A stretch of DNA of 64,000 nucleotides from Welwitschia mirabilis (Eukaryota): positions 2,432,622 through 2,496,621 of the forward strand of contig JBOZIK010000001.1 in NCBI GenBank assembly GCA_051453625.1, given 5' to 3'. Within the stretch, counting starts at the first letter, position 1; each line of letters begins with the position of its first letter. The notes under the pieces are model-generated. The model did no database searches, was not told the DNA's origin, and worked only from the letters and a program-made list of their open reading frames with translations. Made by a program: the position numbers and the translations under genes. Positions 23,191-36,900 of the stretch are shown in pieces.

Positions 23191-25954
23191 TCATCATGAT
23201 AATTAAGTAAGTATGCTAATTAAAGGGCATGAAGGAATCACATAATAAAGAACCTAGAAAAGCTTTGATAAACATCTAGTAATATCCCTAGAAAATAATG
23301 TAGTCAAGAGGACACTATAAGAGCACATAAAAATCATCATAGAAAGATAAAATTAAAGCCCTAATTAAAAAACATAGTAAGATATCCTACTAATAAGAGG
23401 TTCATGCTAGCATCCAAAATTACAAGATGAAGAAGAAGATATGGAAGGATGTTTGTAATGGTAAAATAATCCCAAATATCTTTTTAATGATAATTTCTTA
23501 GAATTGTAAAGACCTCAAAAACAACCTTTAAATTTTTTTACCTTTTTAGTTTCTTAAAGGAATATTTAATTTAATTATATTTTTATTAAAATAAATCTAG
23601 GTAGTACTAAATTAAATCAATTATATACAAAATATTACCAGTTAAATGTTTTAGTACCAAATATTAGAACTAGAGGTAGATTAATGATACTCTAGAAGCA
23701 TAGTAGGATTATCCAAATACTAATTTTTTCATGTTATTATACCTCAATCCTAGCCTTCACTATAAAAAGGATTAGGATCCCTATTTGTAATTATCCTTTG
23801 GTAATAAAAGTAATTATTCTTAGAGGGATAACTCTTTTATCATGTCTTTCTAATTTTCATCCTCTGGGAGTGGTATAGCCTCAAGGCTATATTAATGTTT
23901 GTTTAGTTTAAGTATTCTTCTTTGATGTAACATACATTGATTTTCCAACAAAAGTTAGTTTTCCTTTTCTTGATTTTAAGTGTACATTACTTTATACTTA
24001 AAAGAATTAATTTGAAACTATGTAAATACTAAGTTATATTTTTAAGTAAGTCTCTTTTGATCATATTTTGGTTTCATAACCTGTAATTATTTGATGGTTC
24101 TTAGGAGTTAAATCCTATTTATCATGCTTATGAATAGGCCATAAAGATCCAAAAGTAACAAAGGGACTTCACCACCACTCATGTGATGAATGAGCTTGTG
24201 TTATCACAATTTAAGTAATAACAAATTCAGTAAGTTAAGGTTTAAGAGGAATTCTATTATATCAATAATTAAATACCTTTTACCTATGGAAATATTTAAG
24301 TTATTTCTTTGAGTATTATCTTGTTTTCCTACTTTTACTAGTTGAAGTTTTTCTCCTTACTTTTTTAATTTGTAGTTTTACTTTAATTATCTACATTATT
24401 ATTCATGTGTTTTACTATTATAGGTATCTCCATTATTCCTATGAAAGAATGACACTATGCACTCATCTAGCTTTTTTATAATTTTGATCCATAAATATAT
24501 TTTTGGTGTTGTTATTGGGAATAATGATATGGTATCTTTACAATAAGCATGCATAACTTTTCTTTTTTTCTTCTATTTTAGATTATTGTATTTTTCATTT
24601 TTTTCACATTTCTAGTGGTTGTTACTAGATTTCTACATTTTTATTAGTTTCTATACTTTCAAATGGTTAGTACTAGTTGATCTCTAGTTACACTTAAACT
24701 TGTCCTTTTTTTAAATTATTTTAAAGTTTTGTTGAACTTTTTATCTCTAATATAAAATATCAATGTTATATCAATCTTTTTGTAAATAGTACTAACTAGT
24801 TTATGTAGGTTTTGCTAATTGGTTTTAAAGTGATAAAAATTAAAAAGTTAAGAAAATAAAAAATGATGAAAATAGGTAAGAACTCTGTTTGCTTTCTTTT
24901 TTCCTACATTTTTAAATATAGTAGATTTTATTTTTAGTGTTACATTCATTAGATTAAATCTTTCAATTTTTGTTTTAATTTTTGCAATACTATTTTTGTA
25001 CGTTTTTTCTATGGCTTTTTTTTTCCTTCTATACTACCATTTCATGTTCTATGATTTATCTCCCATTATCCATGATAAGATAATTTTTGTGCAAATCACT
25101 TTTAAAACTTATCCACAACTTTGCCTTAATCTTACTAATATTTTCTAGTATCAGGTTCCTTTTAAAACTATCATTTCCTAATATTTTAGATTCTAAGTAG
25201 GTTTTAATCATTAATAAATTTTCTTTCTAAATGCAAATTCTTTTGTTGTATCCATTCTAACTCTAGCATGGCATTTAATTTTAATCATGAAATTGTATTT
25301 TCTTCTTTATCTTTTAGTAATGATAATCTATATAATTTTAAATCCTATGATTATTTTAATACTAGGTAAACCTCTAGAAATTATCTTCAACTTACAAAAA
25401 CTTGATACATAGATAAGATTCCTTATAATCCTGAGTTTGAAAATACTTACTCTCAATAAAACAAGTTTGATCTTATATTTTTCACCATTTTTTATGACCT
25501 ATATTCTTCATCATCTTGTTAATATCATTTACTCTCTAATCCTTATTTTTAATTTTCTCATAAATACCCTCCATCATTTCTTTCATATCATTCATCTTTT
25601 CTCTAATACTTCTCTTGTTATGATAACCATTATTCTACTTTAGATTCCATGAAAGATATCTTATAGAGATTTCTAGAAGATGTTATCTAATGTTCTTAAT
25701 CTAACATCTAATATTCTTCTTCAAATTTCTTGGAAGACATCTTTAAATATTCATAAAATCTCAAGAGAAACTTGAGTAAAGTATCCAATAGTTAAACTAG
25801 ACTACTTTTCAAATCATTAGTAATCTTAACCAACATAAAGAGAAAGAACCTCCTACCTGTGTTAAACCTAATTCTAAAAGTCTTGAATTAATTAAAAGAA
25901 TTAAGGATAGTTAAATATCTAACATCCAAGTCATGTTCTTTAAGGATAAGAAAA

Positions 25955-28900
25955 TGTTGCATTGCATATTTGTGCAAATGATTTAAGCTTAAGAAGATTC
26001 TGTTATTCAAAAATAAAAAGTCATAATATATTGAAGACTTATAAGAAAAGAATGAGGATTGATTTCCAAAAAGAATATAGTAACCAAAATTTAAGAACAA
26101 TGCAATAAATAAAGATGTGATGCAATGTAATGTAAAATGCAGCTAAACCTAAATGAAACCTATTTGATCACTGAGTTGACCTATCATGAAGACTAATCCT
26201 ATATAATCTAAATTAGCTAAGAATACTATCACTAATCAAGAATAACTTAAACTATTATATGAATCAAATAAATGTAATAAAAAATGATTCTTAAAACTAC
26301 TTTCTTCAGCCTTAATAAAGGTTGCCCTTAAGAAATAAATCACTAATAAAACCATTCCTAGATCAAGGGCAACATAAATCATAAGGGACATCTAACAGAG
26401 CTAAATGCATAAATGAAAACAAAGTTTTATATTAAATGGAAACCAACATCTAAGTTATAAAATAGTCGGGCCTTAATGGAAGATGCATAGCCCTTCACCA
26501 AGGGAATGTCTCTATACAACTTTTGAGATGAATTTTTTGTTCTTCAATCTTTTATCATGAGGATTTTTAATGCATTGAAGATAGAGAGAAGACTCAAATG
26601 GGGTCTTATTTATAAGGTCATATAACAAAGCTAATACATAAAAGGCACTATAAAACATGCTCCATTATAGGAAAAAACAAACAAAAGTCAGCTGGTGGTT
26701 ACAACTGTCATCCTAACATTATCATCCAGACGACCATGAGGATGATAGCCTTTTATAAAACATGACTTAATAGTATTAACTTAGCATCCACGTTAGCATC
26801 CAATGTGGCATGAATAATGTTGTTGTTTTAGCTATTATGGGGACAATAGTATTGCTTATCATCTAAGTGAGAAGAAGCTAGCCTTTTCCATTAGCCATCT
26901 TTTTCCAAAGATATGTGTCTTAGAATGTGCCTTAAATGCCTTAAATTATGTCAAGAATTACACATTTATGAGATCTTTCATTAATTCCCCAAAATCCTCA
27001 GAATTTCATCTAAACCTATATAAATGTCTTGTAAAATAGCTCATAAAACCTCATCAAATACACACAAATTGGCAGTGCATCATAGCCTTTCACTTATTCT
27101 TTATTAGTTCTTGATAAAAACCAAGTAGAAAATCACAAACACAATCTAATTTTTCTTTAAAAAAATCAATCTAGACATTATAAAATAGGTTATAAAACAC
27201 ATTACATAGAAAAATAATAAGTTACACACATGTGTATGAAAAATTCAAAAATACGTCTCATGAAATCTTTAAAATAACTTGAAAAATTTATGAAAATAAG
27301 CCATGAAAATGGGTTCTACCCCTCCTGAAAAAAAAATACATCCTATATTAGCTAATAAAAAGAAGAAAGTAGATGAGAATGATAAGGTAGATGATGGATG
27401 CTTATGAATTTAAATAACTTTCTAAAGTAAGTGCAAAGTTGAGTAAACAAATGTCGGATTTGAAAAATATAGATGTATGAAATATTATGACAAGAAAAGA
27501 AAAAGTGGAGAATGAAAATGTTCCATCACAAAATGATTATGAGCAATGTTCAGAACTTCAAAAAACTAAAAACATCACAAAATTGTTAAGAAAAATCATC
27601 TAAGTAAGAAATCAACTCTTTATTTAAAATTAGATAAGAAAAATCATTAAATGTCAAGGTCTTAAAATGATAAGAAAATATGGTAATGACTTTGAAATAA
27701 CTAACTGAATAATTAAAAAAAAAAATAGAAAGAATGGACATAAAGTAACATAAAGAAGATAGCCTCCCTATCTGAAATTTTAATATAGTAGATTCCCATG
27801 TAAGAAATTATAATATCACTTAATTTTAAAATGAATGACTTGATGTATAAATTATTTCTATTCAATGAGGAAGTGGTTATGATAATGCTAAAAATGAAAT
27901 GCTTTAAACAATAAGTGATAAGATCAAATAGTTACTCAAAAAATGAACTCACCTACTAACATCTCAAAACAAACACCTAAATCCCTAGAAATAAAACAAT
28001 CATGTTAAAAGACTAAGAGTTTAAGAAATAAGAAATGCCTTTGATGATACTAGAGACACCAATGATTCTATAGCCTCTAAGTTTTTATTACTATTTCATT
28101 ATCCATGATGAAGGGAGTGTGGCCATAGTTAGAGAAGTAAAGACTCGCATAGCATGAATAATTGACCCCCTAGTAAAGTTCCCACAGTTATCATGTTACA
28201 CTACCAAATCCCCTTTTAGGAAAATTTGCCTTAGTGTACTAGTAGTAGGACATCATGGTGACTATGTTTTTGAGCTATCTCAAATATAAAACATCATGGT
28301 ATTATTTTACTTTTTTTTTTGTTACATAAATAAAACATTCCACATAACCAAACACTCTAAAAGACAAAGGTAAAGTCTTAAGATAAAGACAAAAAAGAAC
28401 ACCCTTAAATAATCTAAGACATTTTCATCATTGAGAAAAACATCAAAAATAAAATAGCTTCCTTCAAATTAAAGTTCATAGATGGATGAATATCTTAAGA
28501 TTGGGTGAATCTAATCTTACCACTGTAAAATGCCCAAGTCAAAGACAAGTTATAAAAATAAATATATAAGTCATGTTTAAAAGATGATTAAGTAATGTCA
28601 TAATGACCTCCAAAGTAAAAAGATAAAAGAAAATTCAAATAGTTGTTAGTTCATTTTCAACCTTTGTCCATTAAATTTCTGAAAGGTCTCAAAAGAGCAA
28701 TTAGAATGTACTTTCTCAAAAAGATGAGGACCTAACCATAAATCAATTTATTGCTTAAAAATTAAAGTCAAAATCATAAATATATAAGAGCAAAAAGGAA
28801 ACAATAAAGAAAAATAAAAAAAAATTTTATTTAAATCCTAAAATATAATTACAATTTTATTGAAAAGGAAGAAAAAGGAAAGGATTTTTTTAGATGATCT

Positions 28901-31900
28901 CAGGATATGCATACTTTTAGAGAAATAAGGCCCAAACAAAATATTCATCAATTGATAAAACATAAAAGGTATATAATTATTTTTGAGTAGAATTAATTGG
29001 AGGAAGAGAGTGATAGTAGGTAAATCTTTATGAGACCATATGAAAGCATGAATTTTAGAAGTCAAAGGAAATATTAATGTTAAATCTTATTTAGATAAAA
29101 TATTTTTATTCATTATAAGAGTTTTATTTTGATCATTACAAAGAAAATCATACTTTAGTCCACTAGGAAGGTTTTTCATATTTAAATTAAAATTTTTAAT
29201 CTATGGTTCATGTAGTGGATAATCTCCCTTGAGGTATGAGTTTTTCTTTAATAGTTAGACTTTTTTTCAATCTAAGAGTTTAATTTATTTTTCATTCTAA
29301 TATAAATTTCATGGTCAAAGTTAGATGTATCTAAGTCTTTAATCTCAAGTAAATCATCATAAATCTGAGGCTCATGTAATGTTGGTCCTCTTTCTTTAAG
29401 GGAATGATGTCAAAGAAATAAAGTTGGTTTTGATTTTACTTTCTGTATCCTCTTCATTACCTAGGTCTTTTTCAGCTACATCAAAAACTCTAATTGTAAA
29501 CATTTTATTTTCTAGATAACACTTTATCATTCCAGCTCTTGTGTCAATAATGCAGTGGACTGTTGCATAAAAGGCTCGCCCTAGAAGTAATGGGTATTCT
29601 CTATTGTATTTCACTTATATAACAATTACATCTATTAGGTAGCAAACCTCTTCAATTTGGATCACTAAATCTGATAACCCATAAGGGTTTCTTAACTGAG
29701 TATCCACTAACTATAAGAGAATCTGAAGATGCTTTATTTTCCTTCTAAACCAAGTTTCTTGCAAATGTGTACTGGCATGATGTTAATACTCATTCCAATT
29801 TTGATTAAAGCTCTCCTAATGGTTTTGTTTTACTCCAATGTGACATTTACTATTTTTGTCCCTAGATCTTTAGATTTTAAATATTTTTGTAACATTAAAT
29901 TTATGAGGGATTGAGGTAAAAAGACTTTGTTAGGAATAACTCATTTTTTTTTTCTTCATGTTAAGTCTTTATATAGCTTTAAGTACCCTAGATTTTTTGT
30001 AAAAGTTTTTAGAAGGATAATTTTATGCTTACATTTTTCATCAAGGCTTTGAGATGTTTATTAAAAGTTGAATTAGAATTAAACCTATCAAGCCAAGGGG
30101 TAGTTGGTTGTTTTTGTAAAGAATTCTTCTTTTTTTAAAAGAAGGAATGTTATAATCTTCTAATATTTCAATGTCTTCTTCATCCTCATCATCTCAAGTA
30201 TCATTCTGGGAGGTTGATGCTTTACAAGAAGGAGGGTTTACTTCATGTTCACTTCATGTCACAATGTTACAGTATCTTCTTACTTTATTAGAATTTGGGA
30301 GAGGTTGTATTGTCAGTGATTCTTATGGTCTTTAATTTATTAACATGGTTCGTTGAAGGATATTTACTAAGTTTTTAATGTTTGCATTTTATTTTCCTTG
30401 TAATTTTATAAGAATAACAATAGAGTTTTGAAGAGAATCATCTTAATGTTGGAAATTTGATGGACTTAATGAAATTTTAAATTTTTGAATTAATTTTTAA
30501 AAGTTTGCAAATTATTTTGAAAATGTGTATTCAATTTACGTGGTACTCGATTTTGATTTCTAAAGTTTGAAAATGTTTGATTAAAAGCACAAACTTCTTC
30601 ATGTATTTTCTTTTTGTATGTTAGCAATAGTGGATAATCCTTGGTAATGTGATAATTGTACTCACATAAGTCACATGTTAGCATAATATTCTTGTCGGTT
30701 GATGATCTCGCATCTAAGATCATTTCAGTATACTTCTCTAAAGTTATTGTAAAATTTTGAATTAGATTTATATGGTTATATTTCACCTCTTTTTCTTATT
30801 TAACTTCTTTTAAATCTTTAATGAGTTATCCTATAGTATAATTTTCTTTTGATGTTAACCAAGTTTTAGCTTACCTCTATAAGTTCCTCTAATATTTTTC
30901 AAGCATTTTATAATGTGATGTTCATAAGGTTTTCTCATAAAAAAAGTTTACAAGTTATTTTATCTAGTAGTTTAGCTTACTGTAAAAGTAGTTAACTAGT
31001 TTTTTTCATGAAAGAGCATCTACTAGATTAAAGTAAATGGTAATGAAGAAATGTTCCTATGTGGAAGCGTAATCCTCATTTGATTATTGTTGAGAATTTA
31101 TTACCTTTTCTTTTCCTTTTTCTAATAGTTTCTTTACTCATGAATCCTTTAATAAAAGCCTCCTAGACTTGATCCCAAGACTTTAAACTTTCGTGGGTAT
31201 AAGTTTTAGCCAAAGTTTTGCTCTTCCTTTTAAAGTCATAGGAAATATTACCATGTATGTTCTATCACTAATCCTCTTCTTTCCATTTCTGGAGGTAAGA
31301 ATTAATTATTCTATGTTTGTAATGTATTGGAGGGGANNNNNNNNNNNNNNNNNNNNNNNNNNNNNNNNNNNNNNNNNNNNNNNNNNNNNNNNNNNNNNNN
31401 NNNNNNNNNNNNNNNNNNNNNNNNNNNNNNNNNNNNNNNNNNNNNNNNNNNNNNNNNNNNNNNNNNNNNNNNNNNNNNNNNNAAGGTTTAAAGACCCTAC
31501 AACTTGCTTATACTTTTGGTAGTACTTAACATTATTTTCTTCAAAATTTTCTTGAATAGGATTAAATTTAGAAAAAATTAATTCATAATAAATATTATAT
31601 GTTCCTAAAGATTACTTTTCTGATTCGATTTCAAAGTTTATAATCCCTTCTCTAATGCTTTCTTCTATTAATAGCCTTTCTCTTTGATAGTTATTCCCTA
31701 AACCAATCATATCATAGCATCCTATAATAAAAATAATAAAACAATGAAATAAAAAATAACTAACTATCATCCTAACTATGATGGAGACGACACACACAAA
31801 AAATAGAAAATATAAGTACAACAGAACAGAAACTAAGAGTTGGAAANNNNNNNNNNAAAAACACATAGACTATCATCCTTCTGGTTGTGAGGATGCAATG

Positions 31901-33359
31901 GAGGAAAATAAAAACTACTTATTATTATGCTAATAAAAAATATAATCTTAAGACAAAAATTAAAATCACAAACTGTCATCCTGACTATTATGAGGACAAC
32001 AAACGGATCAATGGTTATTTTACTACTAAAACTAAAACTGAAAAACTGCAAATAGAAAACATATGATTCCTAATTAAAACAAATCATTACAATGGATAAA
32101 TAATCAAATGGAAATACGATGTACTCATCTAAATGATGATAATCCTCATGCTCCTCAGCAACCTTCCTTGGAAACACTACTAAGATGTAATGATTTGTAT
32201 TTATGCAAACAATTTAAGCTTAAGAATATTTTATCATTCATACATAAAAATAGGTATCTACATAATAGAACATACTAATATAGATTGAAGTTGAACTAAA
32301 TGTTATAATCCCTTAAAGACTCATGAGAAAAGAATGATAATTGATTTTTAAAAAGAATATGATAACCAAAATTTAAGAATAATGCAAGAAATAAAGATGT
32401 AATGCAATGCAATGTAAAATGAAACTAAACCCAAATGAATACTTATTTGATTAATAAGTTGACCTATTATGGAGACCAACCTTGTATAACCTAAATCAGC
32501 TAAGGAGATTATTACTAATTAAGACTAACTTAAGCTATTAGATGATTCAAATAAATGCAATGCAAAATGATTCCTAAAACTACTTTCTTCAGCCTTAACA
32601 AAGGCTACCTTTAAGACCTATATCACCAGTGAAACTGTCACTAGATCGAGGATAACATAAACCATAAGGAACATCTAATAGAACTAAATGCATAAATAAA
32701 AATAAAGATTTATATTAAATGAAAACAAACATTTGGATTACAAAATAACATGCATAGCCCTTCATCCAAGGAATGTCTTTTTGCAACTCTTGAGATGGAT
32801 CTCCCACCCTTTAATCTTTTGTCATGAGAATTTTCAGTGCATCAAAGATAAAGAGGAGAGTTAAATAGGATTTTATTTAGAGGGTTATAAAACAAAACTG
32901 ACACACAAAAGAAATTGCAAAACATGCTTCATTACAGAAAATAAATGGACAAAATAGACAAAAATTGACAAGTGATTACAACTGTCGTCTTAACATTGTT
33001 ATTCAAATGATCATGGGGATAATAGCCTTTTATAAAATATGATTCAATAGTGCCAAATTAGCATCCATGTTAGCATCCAATGCGACATGAACAATATCAT
33101 CATCTTAGCTATCATGGGAATGATAGAGAAGATGATAGTCTTCCTTACCATCGGCTAGCCTTTTTCATTAGTCATCTTTTTTCAAATTTATATGTATTAA
33201 AATGTGTCTTAAATGCCTCAAATTATGTTAAGAATTAAACATATATGATATCTTTCATCAATTCTCTGAAATCCTCAGAAATGCATCTAAACCTATATAA
33301 ATGTCCTACAAAATAGCTCATAAAACCCCATCAAATACATATAAATTGGTAGTGCATTA
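25955..33359 (-). mobile_element. Full-length degenerate Athila-lineage gag+protease-only element (element B), sister of element A
   Basis: LTRs 32186-33359 (5') and 25955-27082 (3') are colinear. A decayed PBS lies at ~32165-32184 and the PPT at ~27083-27097. The internal region is homologous to 12120-17440. The TSD is imperfect (GAAAA left, AGAAG/GAAGA right), but the flanks rejoin the C1 sequence. Confidence 0.88.
29190..31710 (-). pseudogene. Athila-type gag-aspartic protease pseudogene of element B
   Basis: ORF pieces CDLCEYNYHITKDYPLL (30490-30786) and YPLLLGRAFYATVHCIIDTRAGMIKC (29396-29614; cf. PIILGRPFLAT..A.ID protease C-terminus). Colinear with 12612-15090. Confidence 0.85.
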
Positions 33360-33949
33360 AGAAGAAATTGCTAATAAAACTAATAAGCACTTATTAGAGA
33401 CTAATCAATCACTAAAGTAAAGTAAACCACTTAATAATATTCATGCATGTAAGGATGAGTTATTTAGCAATACATATGATGACAAACATATCAAAGAAGA
33501 ACCCATACCCAATTTATCATATGTAGAACATTTACCTTCTGCTTAACATATTTATGAGGAAAATGTTTATTCTTTATCTTTTGAAAAAGAACCAACCTTT
33601 GATGAAGAAGATAAATCTTTCTTAAAATTACAACAAACATCTAATGATTTTAAGCATCATTCTTTTAATGAATGTTCACCTCATCTAATAATCTTTAACT
33701 CACTTTTGTCTTTCCCTAAAGATGATGTCTTGTAAGATTTATTAATAAAACATAAATAATTTAAATGATAGATCTTTTAAAACTTTAAATACATAGAATT
33801 TATTACTTTCATTAATTTTCTCCTTAATTTTATAGAATCAAGTATGAAAATTTGCATAGATAATCTTATAGTTCATGAAGATTATGCAATTAGACCTTAG
33901 AGATTTTGTGTTAATAAAACCTTAGTTTTAATAATTCTACATATCAAAT

Positions 33950-36900
33950 GTGATGTGTCTAATGTGTAGATAATATAATTGAAGAATACTTGAGTTGTGA
34001 ATAAGGATTAACCTAGTAAAACCTCAAAGCTCAAAGTACATAAAAGCTTCATCTCAAAAATCATGAAGGATAAACAAATTTAATTGAAGACATCTACATA
34101 TCTAAATACATATATCTTAAAGACATTTTCTATCTTAAATAAGTCTAAGATAAATTAAGATTCTCATAGCTAAAATATGTTTATCTTGATGAAGAAATTT
34201 ATATTTAACCAAGAACCTAAAAGATGTCAAAAACATCTAGCAAACTAAAGACATTGGTATAGCTTCAACTATTTGAGGACATCTATGAATCAAAGATATC
34301 TATGCTAAATTAAAAGAGATAATAGAGGAAAATTATGCCATGATGAATTATCTACATTTTAAAGAATCATGTAAGTTTTACATGATAAATTCATGATATC
34401 TAAGGTTCATAGATATAGTAGTTTAAGGATGATTAAAATCTAAGTAGTTTGATGAAAAACATCTTTCAAGATAAAGATGTCTATATTACATAAACATTTA
34501 CTACAAAAAAGACATCTATCCTAAAAAATTAATAAAAAATAAAATATTTATTGAATGCTAAAATCTTAGTTATTTATAGCTATTACATAGTATTTAAACA
34601 TTTTCAAATGTCTATATCACCAAAGTAAAGGATAAGAAAACATCTAAAGCATAAAAGGTAAAGAGTGTTAATAAAAAAGGTTACTGATTTTGATAATTAG
34701 CACTATGAACAAATATTTCTATCTTCTTAATGAGGAGAACCATTTGATAAGGATATTTCTTAAACTTTGGTTCTTCCAAAATTTCATAACTCTGATCTTT
34801 GATACTCGTGGGTGAGTAAAACAAGGAGAACTTAACAATTCCATCAAAGTGTCATATTTTAAGCTTGTTGTTTCTTTGTAAGCAATTATCTATTAGTACT
34901 TCATTATATCATTTTAAAGATCCCTTGCTTGGGATTTTCTTGAGTACTTGACAGAACAACTTGATTTCTATCTATTGTAATTCCTAAGAGGAAAAAAGAA
35001 CTACATTATGAGGAGCATATCATTTATGCATAAGGTTTGTGAAACTCCAAAACTATTATCTTATAGGTTAAGGATATCTAGATGGGTGAAGGAAAGCTAT
35101 CCTCTATTTGTAAACATACTAAGATTAGGAAATCACATTAATTTGGTAAGGTCTTTATTATGTACTATTATTTGATTTCACCTAAGATTTTATTAGTCAA
35201 TATTATTTATCCTCTCCTCTAAATTTTTCAAAATTAAATGGTATCAAATGAGGTACTCAAAACATCCTTGAGTAAAATATGAAAGGAATGCCATTCATTA
35301 GAACTTTTCTTTTCGATGGGACAAACTATACCTATTTAAAGATGAGGGTGCTAGTGTACATATAGTCTTTTGAGTTTTAAATACGAATAATTAGAACCTA
35401 TAGAAACTATTATAAATACTGTATAATATTCCATCACACAAATAAAACCTAGAAGAACTAGGAAAACAAAGAATAGACAACTTTCATGTATGACTCAAAG
35501 GTGAACAATGTTCTTTGAGGAATTAAACTAAATATCCAAATGAAAAATATCATCAGAGATTTGTAATGTCCTAGTGGGAATATATGAAGAAACCTCCATT
35601 GTCAAGTAATTAAGGCTTCTTATATCTAACTAATCAATTTAAAAACCTAAAGATAAATAGTGAAGAGAGCACTTGCGTACTTCACAAGATTCTCTGATAT
35701 AGTAAATGTCATATATGGCATTGATGAAAATCTTCCATAGGATAAGGTAATTCATAAAATTATTAGATGCTTAACTCTAGAATGTAGGCCTAAAACAACA
35801 TCCATGAAAGAATCAAGATACTTTAATACAATAAAGATTGAGGAATTATAAAGTGCTATAATGGTTTATAAGATGAATATAATTTAATATGGTTCTTTAA
35901 AGGAGAATCCTATTACTCTTAAATCTAGTGAAAACCCAAAGTAATATTTTAAAGATAAACAAAAGAAGTATTAAATTGAAATAACTTTAGAATATGGAAG
36001 AATACTTGCTCTTATTAAAATGTGAGTTAAAAGGCTTCTTTCATAAAAGAATAATAGAAAATAGGACTATAGAATATCATTTGGATTTCAAGCTAGATAT
36101 AAGACTAAAGGTAGATCTTCTAATAGCTTCTCATTTTCTTGTAAGACTAACATTTCAAAACTAGAATGTTGTGTTGGTGAAGGACAAAGATACATAGCCT
36201 TAGAATATCCTATATTTAATAAATTACAAGAAAAATCACATAATAAAAAACCTAAGAAGAAGCAATATTTCTTCATAGGTTGGGATGATAATGAGGATGC
36301 ACCTAAAGTAAGGACCTCTGATGATGAAAAAACCCCATTCATATGACATGTCCATTATGCATATCCAAAGTGATAACAAAGAAAGGAAAGGAGAAGACAA
36401 ATTAGAAAGTGAAGGATAAACATGTATAAAACTTTAACATAGATATGATTTAATTTTTGAAGAGTTCAGTAAATTAAAAAACCTATGTTCTAAAATTAAA
36501 AAATCTCTCCATTCTCGTAAATTAACATATGAACATGAAAAAAATATTGTAATAGATTACCATCTGAGAAATTAGCTCTTGAAGTTAAGATTAGTGAAGT
36601 AATGTATGAATTAAAGAATCTTAGGTAGGAACTTAATACTACTAAAAGAATTAATGTGAAGTTTACCAAAGGGAAGGAGACCTTAAACATCATGCTTATA
36701 CAATGTAGAAGTCCAAATGATAAAAGTGGTTTAGGCCACAATGAAGCCTCCACTAGTACTTTAGCATCATTATTTAACAAATGAAACTATAAGCCAAGGT
36801 ATGTGCATATATTTTTTACTAATAATATTACTTTTGATTATTGCTATAAATTCGATCATTATCAATTTAATCATCCTTTTAAGTTTAACACTAGATATTC

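Larger units (their letters stand above)
23200..33950 (+). mobile_element. Older Athila-like non-autonomous element C1, split by element B
   Basis: LTR ~23200-24495 (TATAAAAAGG at 23761; homologous to ~44070-44530). PBS TGGTGTTGTTATTGGGA (24504-24520) is a C>T-decayed tRNA-Asp PBS. Internal 25300-25950 plus 33360-33950 is colinear with ~40400-41880. Outer boundaries are approximate. Confidence 0.65.
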
